This document shows, one piece after another, positions 1-8,575 of a stretch of DNA of 28,848 nucleotides (its first letter is position 1; every line of letters begins with the position of its first letter). Both the position numbers and the translations under genes were made by a program. Source of the DNA: an uncultured Bacteroidia bacterium (GTDB taxonomy: Bacteria; Bacteroidota; Bacteroidia; NS11-12g; UBA9320); the NCBI GenBank assembly GCA_965366305.1, contig CBDUEX010000001.1:1-28848 (forward strand), given 5' to 3'. Below the pieces are notes generated by a model that searched no databases, was not told where the DNA came from, and was given only the letters and a program-made list of their open reading frames with translations.

Positions 1-1
1 C

Positions 2-235
2 GGTTGTATGCAAACTGAAGGTAAAATGTTCCGTGATAATCAAGTCCGACTTATTAGAGAAGGTGTAGTTGTTTACACTGGAGCACTGGAATCTTTAAAA
101 CGTTTTAAAGACGATGTGAAAGAAGTTAACAAAGGATATGAGTGTGGTATTCAAATTAAAAACTACAATGACATTGAAATTGGAGACCTTATTGAAGGAT
201 TTAGAGAAGTTGAGGTTAAGCGAAAACTAAAATAA
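2..235 (+). CDS. infB: Translation initiation factor IF-2, C-terminal fragment (5'-truncated by window)
   Basis: Open frame from base 2 (GCMQTEGK...); contains [19 protein letters not shown], the IF-2 domain IV C-terminal signature; TAA at 233-235. The ATG at 8 is internal. Confidence 0.96.
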   Translation, partial: GCMQTEGKMFRDNQVRLIREGVVVYTGALESLKRFKDDVKEVNKGYECGIQIKNYNDIEIGDLIEGFREVEVKRKLK

Positions 236-279
236 ACGCTTCTATTTAATTAATTATTTCTTGCTAAATTGCACCTATT

Positions 280-1293
280 ATGAATAGGTCAATTATCCGT
301 GGGCTTGGCTTTTATGTCCCCGAAAATGTTGTAACCAATGATGATCTTTCGAAAATTATTGAGACCAATGACGATTGGATTACCGAACGAACTGGAATCA
401 AAGAACGAAGGTGGGTTGGTGATTCTGGCGAGAGCACCACGTCTATGGGAGTTAAAGCTGCACTTAACGCAATCGCTGATGCTAAAATTGATAAACATGA
501 TATTGACTTTATAGTTTTTGCAACACTTAGTCCAGATTATTATTTCCCAGGACCAGGGGTTTCTGTTCAAAAAGAACTTGAACTTGATACTATTGGTGCC
601 TTGGATGTTAGAAATCAGTGCAGCGGATTTGTATACGCAATATCAGTTGCTGATCAATACATTAAGACTGGAATGTATAAAAACATTTTAGTTATTGGCT
701 CTGAATATCAAAGTGGAGGATTAGATAAAACAACTCGAGGTAGAGGCGTTTCGGTTATTTTTGGAGACGGAGCTGGAGCCGCTATAGTTTCTGCTTCTCA
801 AGACAAAAATGAATCTGGTGGAATTCTATCTACTCACCTACACTCTGAAGGAATGCATGCTGAAGAATTAGCACTTTTACGACCTAGTACTTCGCATTGG
901 GTCCCTAGAATATTACAAGAAAATAATCCAGAGGATATCTCTTATTATCCTTATATGAACGGTAATTTTGTATTTAAACATGCAGTTACACGATTCCCTC
1001 AAGTGATTGGTGAAGCATTAAAACAAAACGGCTTTCAATCTTCAGACATCAGTCTGCTGATTCCTCATCAAGCGAATCTGAGAATAGCACAATTTATACA
1101 ACGCTCTATGAAACTAACTAACGATCAAGTGTTTAACAATATTCAAAAATACGGCAATACAACTGCCGCATCAATTCCCATTGCAATGGCTGAAGCCAAA
1201 CAACAAGGTCTCATTAAAAAAGGAGATCTCATCTGCTTGGCAGCTTTTGGTAGCGGCTTTACATGGGCAAGTGCATTAATAAGATGGACATGA
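280..1293 (+). CDS. fabH: 3-oxoacyl-ACP synthase III (FabH family)
   Basis: WITERTGIKERR, catalytic Cys in NQCSGF, IFGDGAGA, His in IPHQAN, Asn in YGNTTAASIP, C-terminal AFGSGFTW. Confidence 0.95.
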   Translation: MNRSIIRGLGFYVPENVVTNDDLSKIIETNDDWITERTGIKERRWVGDSGESTTSMGVKAALNAIADAKIDKHDIDFIVFATLSPDYYFPGPGVSVQKELELDTIGALDVRNQCSGFVYAISVADQYIKTGMYKNILVIGSEYQSGGLDKTTRGRGVSVIFGDGAGAAIVSASQDKNESGGILSTHLHSEGMHAEELALLRPSTSHWVPRILQENNPEDISYYPYMNGNFVFKHAVTRFPQVIGEALKQNGFQSSDISLLIPHQANLRIAQFIQRSMKLTNDQVFNNIQKYGNTTAASIPIAMAEAKQQGLIKKGDLICLAAFGSGFTWASALIRWT

Positions 1294-2150
1294 AGCTAGG
1301 ACAACAAGAATTGATTGCAATTGCAATTATCGCAATTGGGTCCTACGTATTAGTTCGTTTAGGGAAGCTCGTTATTAGACGACATATTCGAAAAGCATAC
1401 AGTGACCCTTCCGATACTGAAGTGCCGGCGACAAGTCTTAATTTCTTCTATAATACCTTCTCTTTTCTCGTATATACCGTTGCTGTGATGGCAATAATTT
1501 ATACGATTCCTCCATTTAAAAATATTGGCAAGACCCTTTTTGCCGGTGCTGGAATATTTGCAGCAATCGTAGGATTTGCATCACAACAAGCATTTTCTAA
1601 CATTATTGGCGGAATATTTCTAGTACTTTTCAAACCATTTCGAGTGGGCGACCTAATTCGAGTTGGTCAAATAAATGAAGGCTATGTTGAAGATATCACA
1701 CTAAGACATACAGTTATCAAAGACTTTGAAAACAAACGTATTGTAATTCCAAATGCACTTATTAGCACGGAAACGATCCATAATGCTACAATAAAAGATC
1801 CTAGGGTTATGAATAGAATACCTTTTGGGATCAGTTACGATTCTAATGTCGATCTGGCCATATCAATAATCAAAAAACATGCTGTAAAACATGATTTACA
1901 CATGGATTATCGTTCAGAATTTGATAAAAAGGAAGGTGTACCTGAAGTTGATGTTCGCGTAATTTCTTGGGATGATTCATCAATAACCTTGCGTGCATAT
2001 ATTTGGACGGATTCTCAACACGATGGTTTCATGCTAAAAACGGATTTATACAAAAGCGTTAAGAAAGATTTTGAAGAGAATGGAATTGAAATTCCATTCC
2101 CTCATCGAACTATTGTTTATAAAAACCATGAGCAGAAAGAAAAAATCTAA
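1290..2150 (+). CDS. mscS: Small-conductance mechanosensitive channel (MscS family)
   Basis: Three hydrophobic N-terminal segments then GFASQQAFSNIIGGIFL..KPFRVGDLI and ITLRHTVI, C-terminal GIEIPFPHR. Start moved from 1263 to ATG 1290 (ATGA overlap with the fabH stop); ATG 1284 is an alternative. Confidence 0.9.
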   Translation: MKLGQQELIAIAIIAIGSYVLVRLGKLVIRRHIRKAYSDPSDTEVPATSLNFFYNTFSFLVYTVAVMAIIYTIPPFKNIGKTLFAGAGIFAAIVGFASQQAFSNIIGGIFLVLFKPFRVGDLIRVGQINEGYVEDITLRHTVIKDFENKRIVIPNALISTETIHNATIKDPRVMNRIPFGISYDSNVDLAISIIKKHAVKHDLHMDYRSEFDKKEGVPEVDVRVISWDDSSITLRAYIWTDSQHDGFMLKTDLYKSVKKDFEENGIEIPFPHRTIVYKNHEQKEKI

Positions 2151-3174
2151 GAAGTTATTTCACAGTCCGATATCGCTTAATATCCCAAAAGACGATGGCA
2201 ATGTTTATCTCGATTGCTTAACCTATAGTGATGGAAAGTATGAACGCTTTAAAGGAAAAGATTGGGAAAAAATGGAAGCTTTTATCAATCAAAATAAAGA
2301 ACATACTACCTGGCTAAATCTCTATCCATTGGAGAATAAAAGGACGCTCGAGCAATTAGAAGAACACTACGGAATTAACCCATTCCTAATGGCAGATGCT
2401 GTAGATTTTTCTCTGAGATCTAAGTCTTGGTTCACAGAAAAACATCTGTTTTGTTCTTTTAAAATGATTAAACCTGATGTGGACGGTACTGAGCACATTA
2501 GCTTTATTATTGGTGATAATTATTTAATTAGCTTCCAAGAAAATCAAGAAGACATTTTTGATCATATTCGATTGAGGATTGAAATGAACTATGGTTTAAT
2601 TAGAAAAAAAGGAATTGACTATCTCTTCTTTCTTCTTTGTGATGCCTTAATTGACCAATACACTTTAGTAGCTGATGAATCAGAAAACCTAATTTTGAAA
2701 ATAGAAGAAGATTTAAATGTCAATCACAATAGCATTTCATTAACCCAAATACACGAAAAAAAGCAGGACCTTTCCACCACACATAAAGATATTCGTGCCG
2801 CTACAGATGTACTTGGCAGCGTATATGACTCAGAGTTTCCAGTAATATCTAGTTTTGTAAGGAAACTTTTCTCCTCTATAATTCATAACGCAAATTATTG
2901 TTTAGATTCCTATTCAAGACAATTAGAAAATACAAAGAGCCTATCTGATCTTTACTTTTCTCAACAAAATAATAAATTGAATGAGATGATTAAATGGTTA
3001 ACTATCATGTCTTCCTTCTTTATTCCTTTGTCATTTATCGCCGGCTTTTATGGAATGAATTTTGTAAACATGCCTGAACTTAAAAACCCATATTCATATC
3101 CGATTCTTGTTGGTTTTATGCTAAGTGTTGGTGCCTACATTGTTTTTCTATTTAAACGAAAAAAATGGCTTTGA
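2128..3174 (+). CDS. corA: CorA-family Mg2+/Co2+ transporter
   Basis: Two C-terminal TM helices with the GMN signature (FYGMNFVNMPEL) and FQE motif. Probable start ATG 2128 (MSRKKKSK) rather than 2071. Confidence 0.92.
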   Translation: MSRKKKSKKLFHSPISLNIPKDDGNVYLDCLTYSDGKYERFKGKDWEKMEAFINQNKEHTTWLNLYPLENKRTLEQLEEHYGINPFLMADAVDFSLRSKSWFTEKHLFCSFKMIKPDVDGTEHISFIIGDNYLISFQENQEDIFDHIRLRIEMNYGLIRKKGIDYLFFLLCDALIDQYTLVADESENLILKIEEDLNVNHNSISLTQIHEKKQDLSTTHKDIRAATDVLGSVYDSEFPVISSFVRKLFSSIIHNANYCLDSYSRQLENTKSLSDLYFSQQNNKLNEMIKWLTIMSSFFIPLSFIAGFYGMNFVNMPELKNPYSYPILVGFMLSVGAYIVFLFKRKKWL

Positions 3175-3608
3175 ATAAGACAAAAAAGAAGACTATTGGG
3201 ATTGTGGATGTGCTGGACTTACCCGAATCTAAATTGTCTCAGATTCCATGTAAAATAGATACTGGTGCATACAACTGCTCTATCGATTGTTCTTTTTTAG
3301 AATTAAAAGACGAAAATGGTGTTAAAAAGCTCAACTTTATTCTTTTGGATAAAAGAAGCAAACAATACAACGGTGAAGTAATTTCTACTACTACCTTTTG
3401 GCAAAAAAAAGTTAAAAGCTCAACTGGTGTGGTTGAATACCGATATCAAGTTCCATTAGATGTTGTATTGTTTGGAGAGCATTATAAGGCCGTGTTTAAC
3501 TTGAGCAGGAGACACAATATGCGTTATCCTATTCTATTGGGAAGAAATTTTTTAGCTAAGAGGTTTCTAGTTGATGTTAGTAAAAGGAATCTCTCTGCGA
3601 AGGATTAA
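3165..3608 (+). CDS. RimK-associated retropepsin-like aspartic protease (often annotated putative ATP-dependent zinc protease)
   Basis: KIDTGAYNCSID (DTG) and RHNMRYPILLGRNFL motifs; overlaps the corA stop by 10 nt. Confidence 0.85.
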   Translation: MALNKTKKKTIGIVDVLDLPESKLSQIPCKIDTGAYNCSIDCSFLELKDENGVKKLNFILLDKRSKQYNGEVISTTTFWQKKVKSSTGVVEYRYQVPLDVVLFGEHYKAVFNLSRRHNMRYPILLGRNFLAKRFLVDVSKRNLSAKD

Positions 3609-4453
3609 AATCGTAAAAGTGATTCTATAACTAAATGAGGTTCCGTAAATGGAATGAAATGATTTTCTTTAGGGTATCTAAACACTTCCAAACTTTTTGC
3701 ATTTACCAGTTTTGCCTCTGCATAGTCTTCATTCCCGGAAGGAACAAGTTTATCTTTTCCCCCTTGGATAATTTTTACGTCCATGGTTATCCGATGCCAC
3801 ATAGTATCCATACGAATTAACTCTTCTTTTGCCGGAATTATTTCTTCATTACTTACCCGAAAGCTCTTAGGCATTAACCAGCTAAGCCACTTAGTGCACA
3901 TAGGTTTTCTCCATTTTTCTTCTGGCTCTAATTCTGGCGATACTGAACCAGCTATGATTAATAACCCTGTGGCAATTTGAGGATCATCCATCGCCATTCT
4001 GCAAATAATCGGACCACCAAGTGAATGTCCAACTAAAATAAATTGCTGTGATTTAAACTGAGCTAATACCTCTCTTAGAATAAGGGATTGTTGAGCAATA
4101 CTTGGTTCTGAATTTCCGAATTCTGAATAGCCAAATCCTGGCCGATCGATAAGCAATACATTAAACGTGTTTAGAACATTAGTGTCCTTTGCATATTCTA
4201 AAAAATTACTTGAAGACCCTGGTGATCCATGTACAAATACCACCGTGGTTTTGGCAGTATCCTTCCCAACTAAGGTGTAATGTATTTCTCTTCCTGTAGC
4301 TAACTTTGTTCCAATTTCAACTGCATAACTTTCGCTTACTTTTCTTAACTGACGTAGTTGCTTTTTATCCGAAGATCGAAACTGAAAACAACTACCCACT
4401 AGTAGCCATAATAGTAACCCAATTCCCAAATATGCAAGTTTCTTATACCTCAA
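3605..4453 (-). CDS. Alpha/beta hydrolase with N-terminal signal or membrane anchor (possible lipoprotein)
   Basis: HGSPGS oxyanion loop, DRPGFGYS, nucleophile GHSLGG, Asp in GGKDKLVP, His in ENHFIP; N-terminus MRYKK plus hydrophobic stretch ending VGSC. Confidence 0.88.
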   Translation of the reverse strand: MRYKKLAYLGIGLLLWLLVGSCFQFRSSDKKQLRQLRKVSESYAVEIGTKLATGREIHYTLVGKDTAKTTVVFVHGSPGSSSNFLEYAKDTNVLNTFNVLLIDRPGFGYSEFGNSEPSIAQQSLILREVLAQFKSQQFILVGHSLGGPIICRMAMDDPQIATGLLIIAGSVSPELEPEEKWRKPMCTKWLSWLMPKSFRVSNEEIIPAKEELIRMDTMWHRITMDVKIIQGGKDKLVPSGNEDYAEAKLVNAKSLEVFRYPKENHFIPFTEPHLVIESLLRF

Positions 4454-6185
4454 CCAATTGTTTGCCTTGAAGTAAATAAACAGCGTTACACATTTTTAGT
4501 TCTTCTTGCTTGTGAGTTATAAAAATTGCAGTCTTACCGGTATCTTTCAAATGGCTAATAGATTCCAATGTTTGTGTTATAGATTCCCGATCTAAATTGT
4601 TGGTAGCTTCATCAAATATGAATATCTCAGCATCTTTATATAGAGCTCTAGCTATCGCAATTCTCTGCTTTTGCCCTCCAGAAATTTGATTGCCTAATTC
4701 CCCAACAGAAGTATTCCATTTGTCGTGTAAGCCTTCAACCCATGATAATAGATTTACTTGAGAGAGGCAGCTTTTAACCTTCTCCAAGTCTATTTCGTCA
4801 TCGGCTTGCAAAAACGCTACATTGTGCATGATGCTAGTATTAAGCATAAAAACATCTTGTTTTACATAAGAGAACAGATAACGATATGCTTCCTTGTTAT
4901 CCTCGTTTATGGTTAAATCATCCAGAGTTAACGATCCGCTATTGGGTTGTATTAATCTACATAAAAGATTTATAAAAGTAGACTTACCAGCTCCGCTTGC
5001 ACCCGTAATCCCAATGAAATCTCCTTTTTTAAGCACAAAGTCCAACCCTTTAAAAATGTGTTCCGAATCAGCATAGGAGAAACCTACATTATTAAGTTTA
5101 ATACTATTTTTAAACTGCAATGCCCCTTGAAAGCTCGCAGGTTTTTCAACTGTATCAGAAATTTCATTTTTAAAATAGTCTAACACATAACTATTTGTTG
5201 CCAAATTATTAAATGCACCCAATATCCTATTTACACTTGGCAGCATTCGAAACGAAACTGCTGCATATATAGACACATAAGAAATTAAACTGCTATTCCC
5301 TTTGCTAGTTATCAAAGCAAATAAAACTACACATAAAATCCCTCCTATTGCTACTACCTCATATAATCGCATGGGTATAAATTGAGAACTTACGTAAATT
5401 GATTTCTTATATTTAAATAGTTTTGCTTTTTCTCTTTCAAACTCCTCTTCAAAATAAGAGGTCCCTCTCCAAAGTTTTATACTGGCTATTCCTTGGGTTA
5501 ATTGGCTTATGTTTTCATAAAGTATTGGATTAATTTTATGGACCTTTTTACCCATCTTGCCAAGTCTATTTTTATTAAAGAATATTAAAAAACCTGCTGC
5601 AGGCATAATAGTTAATATGGTAAACAAGAAAAGAAAAGGCTTATAAAATAAAATGGAGCCCAACATTAAAATTAAAATAGAGAGTTCAGAAAGGAGCATA
5701 ATACTCGGGATTATGATTGTTTCGGGCAAGAAAAGTGCCGCACCAAATAGCTCATTTATAATTTCCGACGATTTTCTATTTTTAAAGTACAACAAATCGT
5801 TGTTAGCGATTTCACTGTAGCGTTTAGCCGATAAATCATCTGTTGCTTCAAAGGCAAATTTTACCTGACTTTTATTGATTTGTACGATAACAATGTTCTT
5901 GATTACATAGAAGACAAAGAGCAAGCAAGTTATTATTGCTACAAAATGTAACTGATCTTCAACACCGAGTGCCTTTGATAAAAAAGAAGTAAATACGTTG
6001 TGTTGAATGAAATTGGGTTTTAGAATGGATAATACTGTGTGAAGCAATACAGAAATACCGGCAATTTCAATAAGAGCACTAACAACGCTTAAAAAAACCA
6101 TTACCATGTACTTGGATCGCTGCTTCTTCGAGAAAATCGAAAGCAAACTCACCCAGGTATCCGCTATGCTTTTAATCTTCTTCAT
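4443..6185 (-). CDS. ABC exporter, fused permease and ATPase, resembling PglK/Wzk-type glycan flippases
   Basis: About 6 TM segments then Walker A GASGAGKST, signature ISGGQKQR, Walker B IFIFDEAT, H-loop ITH. Flippase-like subtype inferred from TM motifs such as FRMLPSVNRI. Confidence 0.85.
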   Translation of the reverse strand: MKKIKSIADTWVSLLSIFSKKQRSKYMVMVFLSVVSALIEIAGISVLLHTVLSILKPNFIQHNVFTSFLSKALGVEDQLHFVAIITCLLFVFYVIKNIVIVQINKSQVKFAFEATDDLSAKRYSEIANNDLLYFKNRKSSEIINELFGAALFLPETIIIPSIMLLSELSILILMLGSILFYKPFLFLFTILTIMPAAGFLIFFNKNRLGKMGKKVHKINPILYENISQLTQGIASIKLWRGTSYFEEEFEREKAKLFKYKKSIYVSSQFIPMRLYEVVAIGGILCVVLFALITSKGNSSLISYVSIYAAVSFRMLPSVNRILGAFNNLATNSYVLDYFKNEISDTVEKPASFQGALQFKNSIKLNNVGFSYADSEHIFKGLDFVLKKGDFIGITGASGAGKSTFINLLCRLIQPNSGSLTLDDLTINEDNKEAYRYLFSYVKQDVFMLNTSIMHNVAFLQADDEIDLEKVKSCLSQVNLLSWVEGLHDKWNTSVGELGNQISGGQKQRIAIARALYKDAEIFIFDEATNNLDRESITQTLESISHLKDTGKTAIFITHKQEELKMCNAVYLLQGKQLVEV

Positions 6186-7000
6186 TCAAGAATTTCAAGT
6201 AATTCTAATTCTATTATTATTGGCATATATCCCGGAACCTTGCTATTTCCATCTGGCCCAAATGCATAGGATGATGGCACAATTGCTCGTAAACTTTCTC
6301 CAACTGCAAGTTTTTTAGCAAGAAACTGTATTCCACGTAAAATGCTCTTATCTGAAGTGTCGTAAATTAATGGGTCTCCCTCTTTGCTAAAAGCAATAAT
6401 ATTTTCATTTATCGACTTTATAACATATTTTAATTTTGCCTTTTTAAAGTCAACTACTTCCAAATTAGTTGTTTTTAATTTTTCGAAGTAAATAAGTGTA
6501 TTGGTGTCCTGCTCTCCGTTCCATCCTGATTTTTTGATAAATCGTTCAACTCCTTCATTTTCAAACACTTGCTTGTGTGCTAAGTACTGCAGGTCATCCA
6601 ATTTATCACGCATCCAAAGCCTTACTTTAATCGGTTTCGATTTATCTAAACTTAACGGTGTTTTCCCTCCAAGAGCGATGTAAAAACTGTCTGCGTTGAT
6701 AGTAATATCAACACTATCTTGTACGCAAACTTGTGCCAATAGCTTCATAAGAGAGGTATTAGTATCGAGCTGTTTTGCATGAAGTTCTACTTTTCTTCCT
6801 AAAGTGTTGGTGTTTAAATAAATTGAATCCTTGCCGTTCTTCAATTCTAAATCAACTAACCAATGACTTTTTGAAGGTTCTATGCAATCTTTATCCCCTT
6901 TTAGATATTCTAATCCGCCAGACTTTTTATATTGCTTCGTATCATTACAACCCAAGATGGCAATTACAGCAAATCCAAGAAAAAGCATCTTTTTTATCAT
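6182..7000 (-). CDS. FKBP-type peptidyl-prolyl isomerase-like lipoprotein (GldI-like position)
   Basis: Lipoprotein signal MIKK..AILG-C18; C-terminal FKBP-like segment ILRGIQFLAKKLAVGESLRAIVPSSYAFG..GNSKVPGYMPIIIELEL; lies directly downstream of nrnA. Confidence 0.75.
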   Translation of the reverse strand: MIKKMLFLGFAVIAILGCNDTKQYKKSGGLEYLKGDKDCIEPSKSHWLVDLELKNGKDSIYLNTNTLGRKVELHAKQLDTNTSLMKLLAQVCVQDSVDITINADSFYIALGGKTPLSLDKSKPIKVRLWMRDKLDDLQYLAHKQVFENEGVERFIKKSGWNGEQDTNTLIYFEKLKTTNLEVVDFKKAKLKYVIKSINENIIAFSKEGDPLIYDTSDKSILRGIQFLAKKLAVGESLRAIVPSSYAFGPDGNSKVPGYMPIIIELELLEILE

Positions 7001-8004
7001 AAATATTCTGAATATGTTTTGATAGCTGATTTAACTTTATCTAAGGTCTCTTCTAGTGATTCTTTACTAGCTCCACCTGCCGCATTTTTATGTCCACCAC
7101 CATTAAAATATTGGGCTGAAAATTCATTGCAAGGGAAATTTGATTTACTTCTAAAGCTCATTTTCACTAAAGACCCTCTATCTATAATTAACGCACTCAT
7201 TTCCACTCCCTTGATACCCAATCCATAGTTCACAAAGCCCTCGGTATCTCCCGTTTTAACATTGTAATCTTCCAGTTCTTTAACGGTTAAATGTGAAAGT
7301 GCAACTTTCCCATCTTCAATCAATGTTATTTTTTTAGAAAGAAAGTATCCTAATAACTGTAGTCTCTCTAATCTATTTTGATCAAATAATCGTTCATACA
7401 AATGTGATGGTTTTACCCCTAGGTCTATTAAGGCACCTGCAGTTCTAATAGTGTCCCCAGTGGTGCTATTGTATCGAAAAGAACCCGTATCTGTAATTAA
7501 GCCAGTGTAAATACATTCTGCAGCATCTTTAGTTAAATGTTTGAGCTCCAAATGTGACTTGATGTAATAATATATTAATTCACATGTAGAACTTGCCCCA
7601 ATAGAACAAAGTCGTTCGTCATCAAAATCTTGAGGATCTCGATGATGGTCTATTAAAATGATTCTTGCATTGCTATTGGTAATTGCTTCACCCATTTTAT
7701 TTATCCTTCCAATGGCATTAAAATCCAAGCAATAAACCAATTCTGAATTAGCAATTATTTCATTTGATTTCTCTTCATTGCCTTCGTAAATTAATACATT
7801 TTCATTCCCAGGAATCCACCATAAGAAGTCAGCATAATCTGTTGGAGTAATTACAATAGAATCAATTCCGGCACTTTTGAAGTAGTTATATAAACCAAGA
7901 CTTGATCCCATTGCATCGCCATCAGGCTTGTGATGTGTTGTGATGACAATTTTACCTGAATGTTTCTTTAGGTCGTCTAAATTGTGTGATATTGTGTTTT
8001 GCAC
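6997..8004 (-). CDS. nrnA: DHH/DHHA1 phosphoesterase (oligoribonuclease / pAp phosphatase NrnA)
   Basis: [35 protein letters not shown] motifs; GTG start. Confidence 0.92.
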   Translation of the reverse strand: MQNTISHNLDDLKKHSGKIVITTHHKPDGDAMGSSLGLYNYFKSAGIDSIVITPTDYADFLWWIPGNENVLIYEGNEEKSNEIIANSELVYCLDFNAIGRINKMGEAITNSNARIILIDHHRDPQDFDDERLCSIGASSTCELIYYYIKSHLELKHLTKDAAECIYTGLITDTGSFRYNSTTGDTIRTAGALIDLGVKPSHLYERLFDQNRLERLQLLGYFLSKKITLIEDGKVALSHLTVKELEDYNVKTGDTEGFVNYGLGIKGVEMSALIIDRGSLVKMSFRSKSNFPCNEFSAQYFNGGGHKNAAGGASKESLEETLDKVKSAIKTYSEYL

Positions 8005-8046
8005 TTATTTTTTGCGGCAAAACTCGTTAAAAGATGGAGATAATTC

Positions 8047-8054
8047 TATTTTTG
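8047..8054 (+). promoter_or_regulatory. Bacteroidota sigma-70 -7 promoter element for ndk
   Basis: TATTTTTG matches TAnnTTTG and ends 20 nt before the ndk ATG; no clear -33 TTTG at canonical spacing. Confidence 0.65.
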
Positions 8055-8074
8055 CCGCCCTAAATCGAAAAACA

Positions 8075-8491
8075 ATGTCAAACATTACATTCACAATGAT
8101 TAAACCAGATGCAGTTTCAAACGGACATACTGGTAAAATAATAAACGATATTTTAGAAGGCGGATTTTCAATCAAAGCTATGAAATATCTTCATTTGAGT
8201 AAAGAGAAAGCGGAGGCTTTTTATGGTATTCATAGAGAGAGACCTTTCTTCAATGATCTTGTTTCATTTATGACTTCTGGTCCTATCGTTGCTGCTGTTT
8301 TAACTAAAAGTAATGCAGTTGAAGACTTCAGAACTTTAATTGGTGCTACCAACCCTGCTGATGCGGCGGCTGGTACAATCAGAAATAAATATGCAAAATC
8401 TATTGATGCCAATGCAATTCATGGCTCAGATAGCGATGAGAATGCCGCTGGTGAAGCTTCATTCTTTTTCTCAGCTTTTGAGATGTTCTAG
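8075..8491 (+). CDS. ndk: Nucleoside-diphosphate kinase
   Basis: [38 protein letters not shown] (phospho-His). Start corrected from 7940 to ATG 8075. Confidence 0.97.
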   Translation: MSNITFTMIKPDAVSNGHTGKIINDILEGGFSIKAMKYLHLSKEKAEAFYGIHRERPFFNDLVSFMTSGPIVAAVLTKSNAVEDFRTLIGATNPADAAAGTIRNKYAKSIDANAIHGSDSDENAAGEASFFFSAFEMF

Positions 8492-8575
8492 ATCCATTTA
8501 TCGTTTTTAGTTCATTTTTGGTGGTGATTATTTAATCATCCACACAATTTATCTTACTTTGACGCATTATTAATA

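Noticed and set aside
3605-3608. Convergent genes sharing a TTAA stop overlap (also at 19162-19165)
   Set aside because: A common compaction feature of AT-rich genomes; nothing further supports a regulatory role.
7940-8074. 45-aa N-terminal extension of Ndk in the ORF track
   Set aside because: Overlaps nrnA on the opposite strand and the promoter region; Ndk homology starts at ATG 8075.
8521-8543. Imperfect hairpin GTGGTGATTA-TT-TAATCATCCAC between ndk and prc
   Set aside because: Bulged stem, very short loop and no clear U-tract; too weak to call a terminator or operator.
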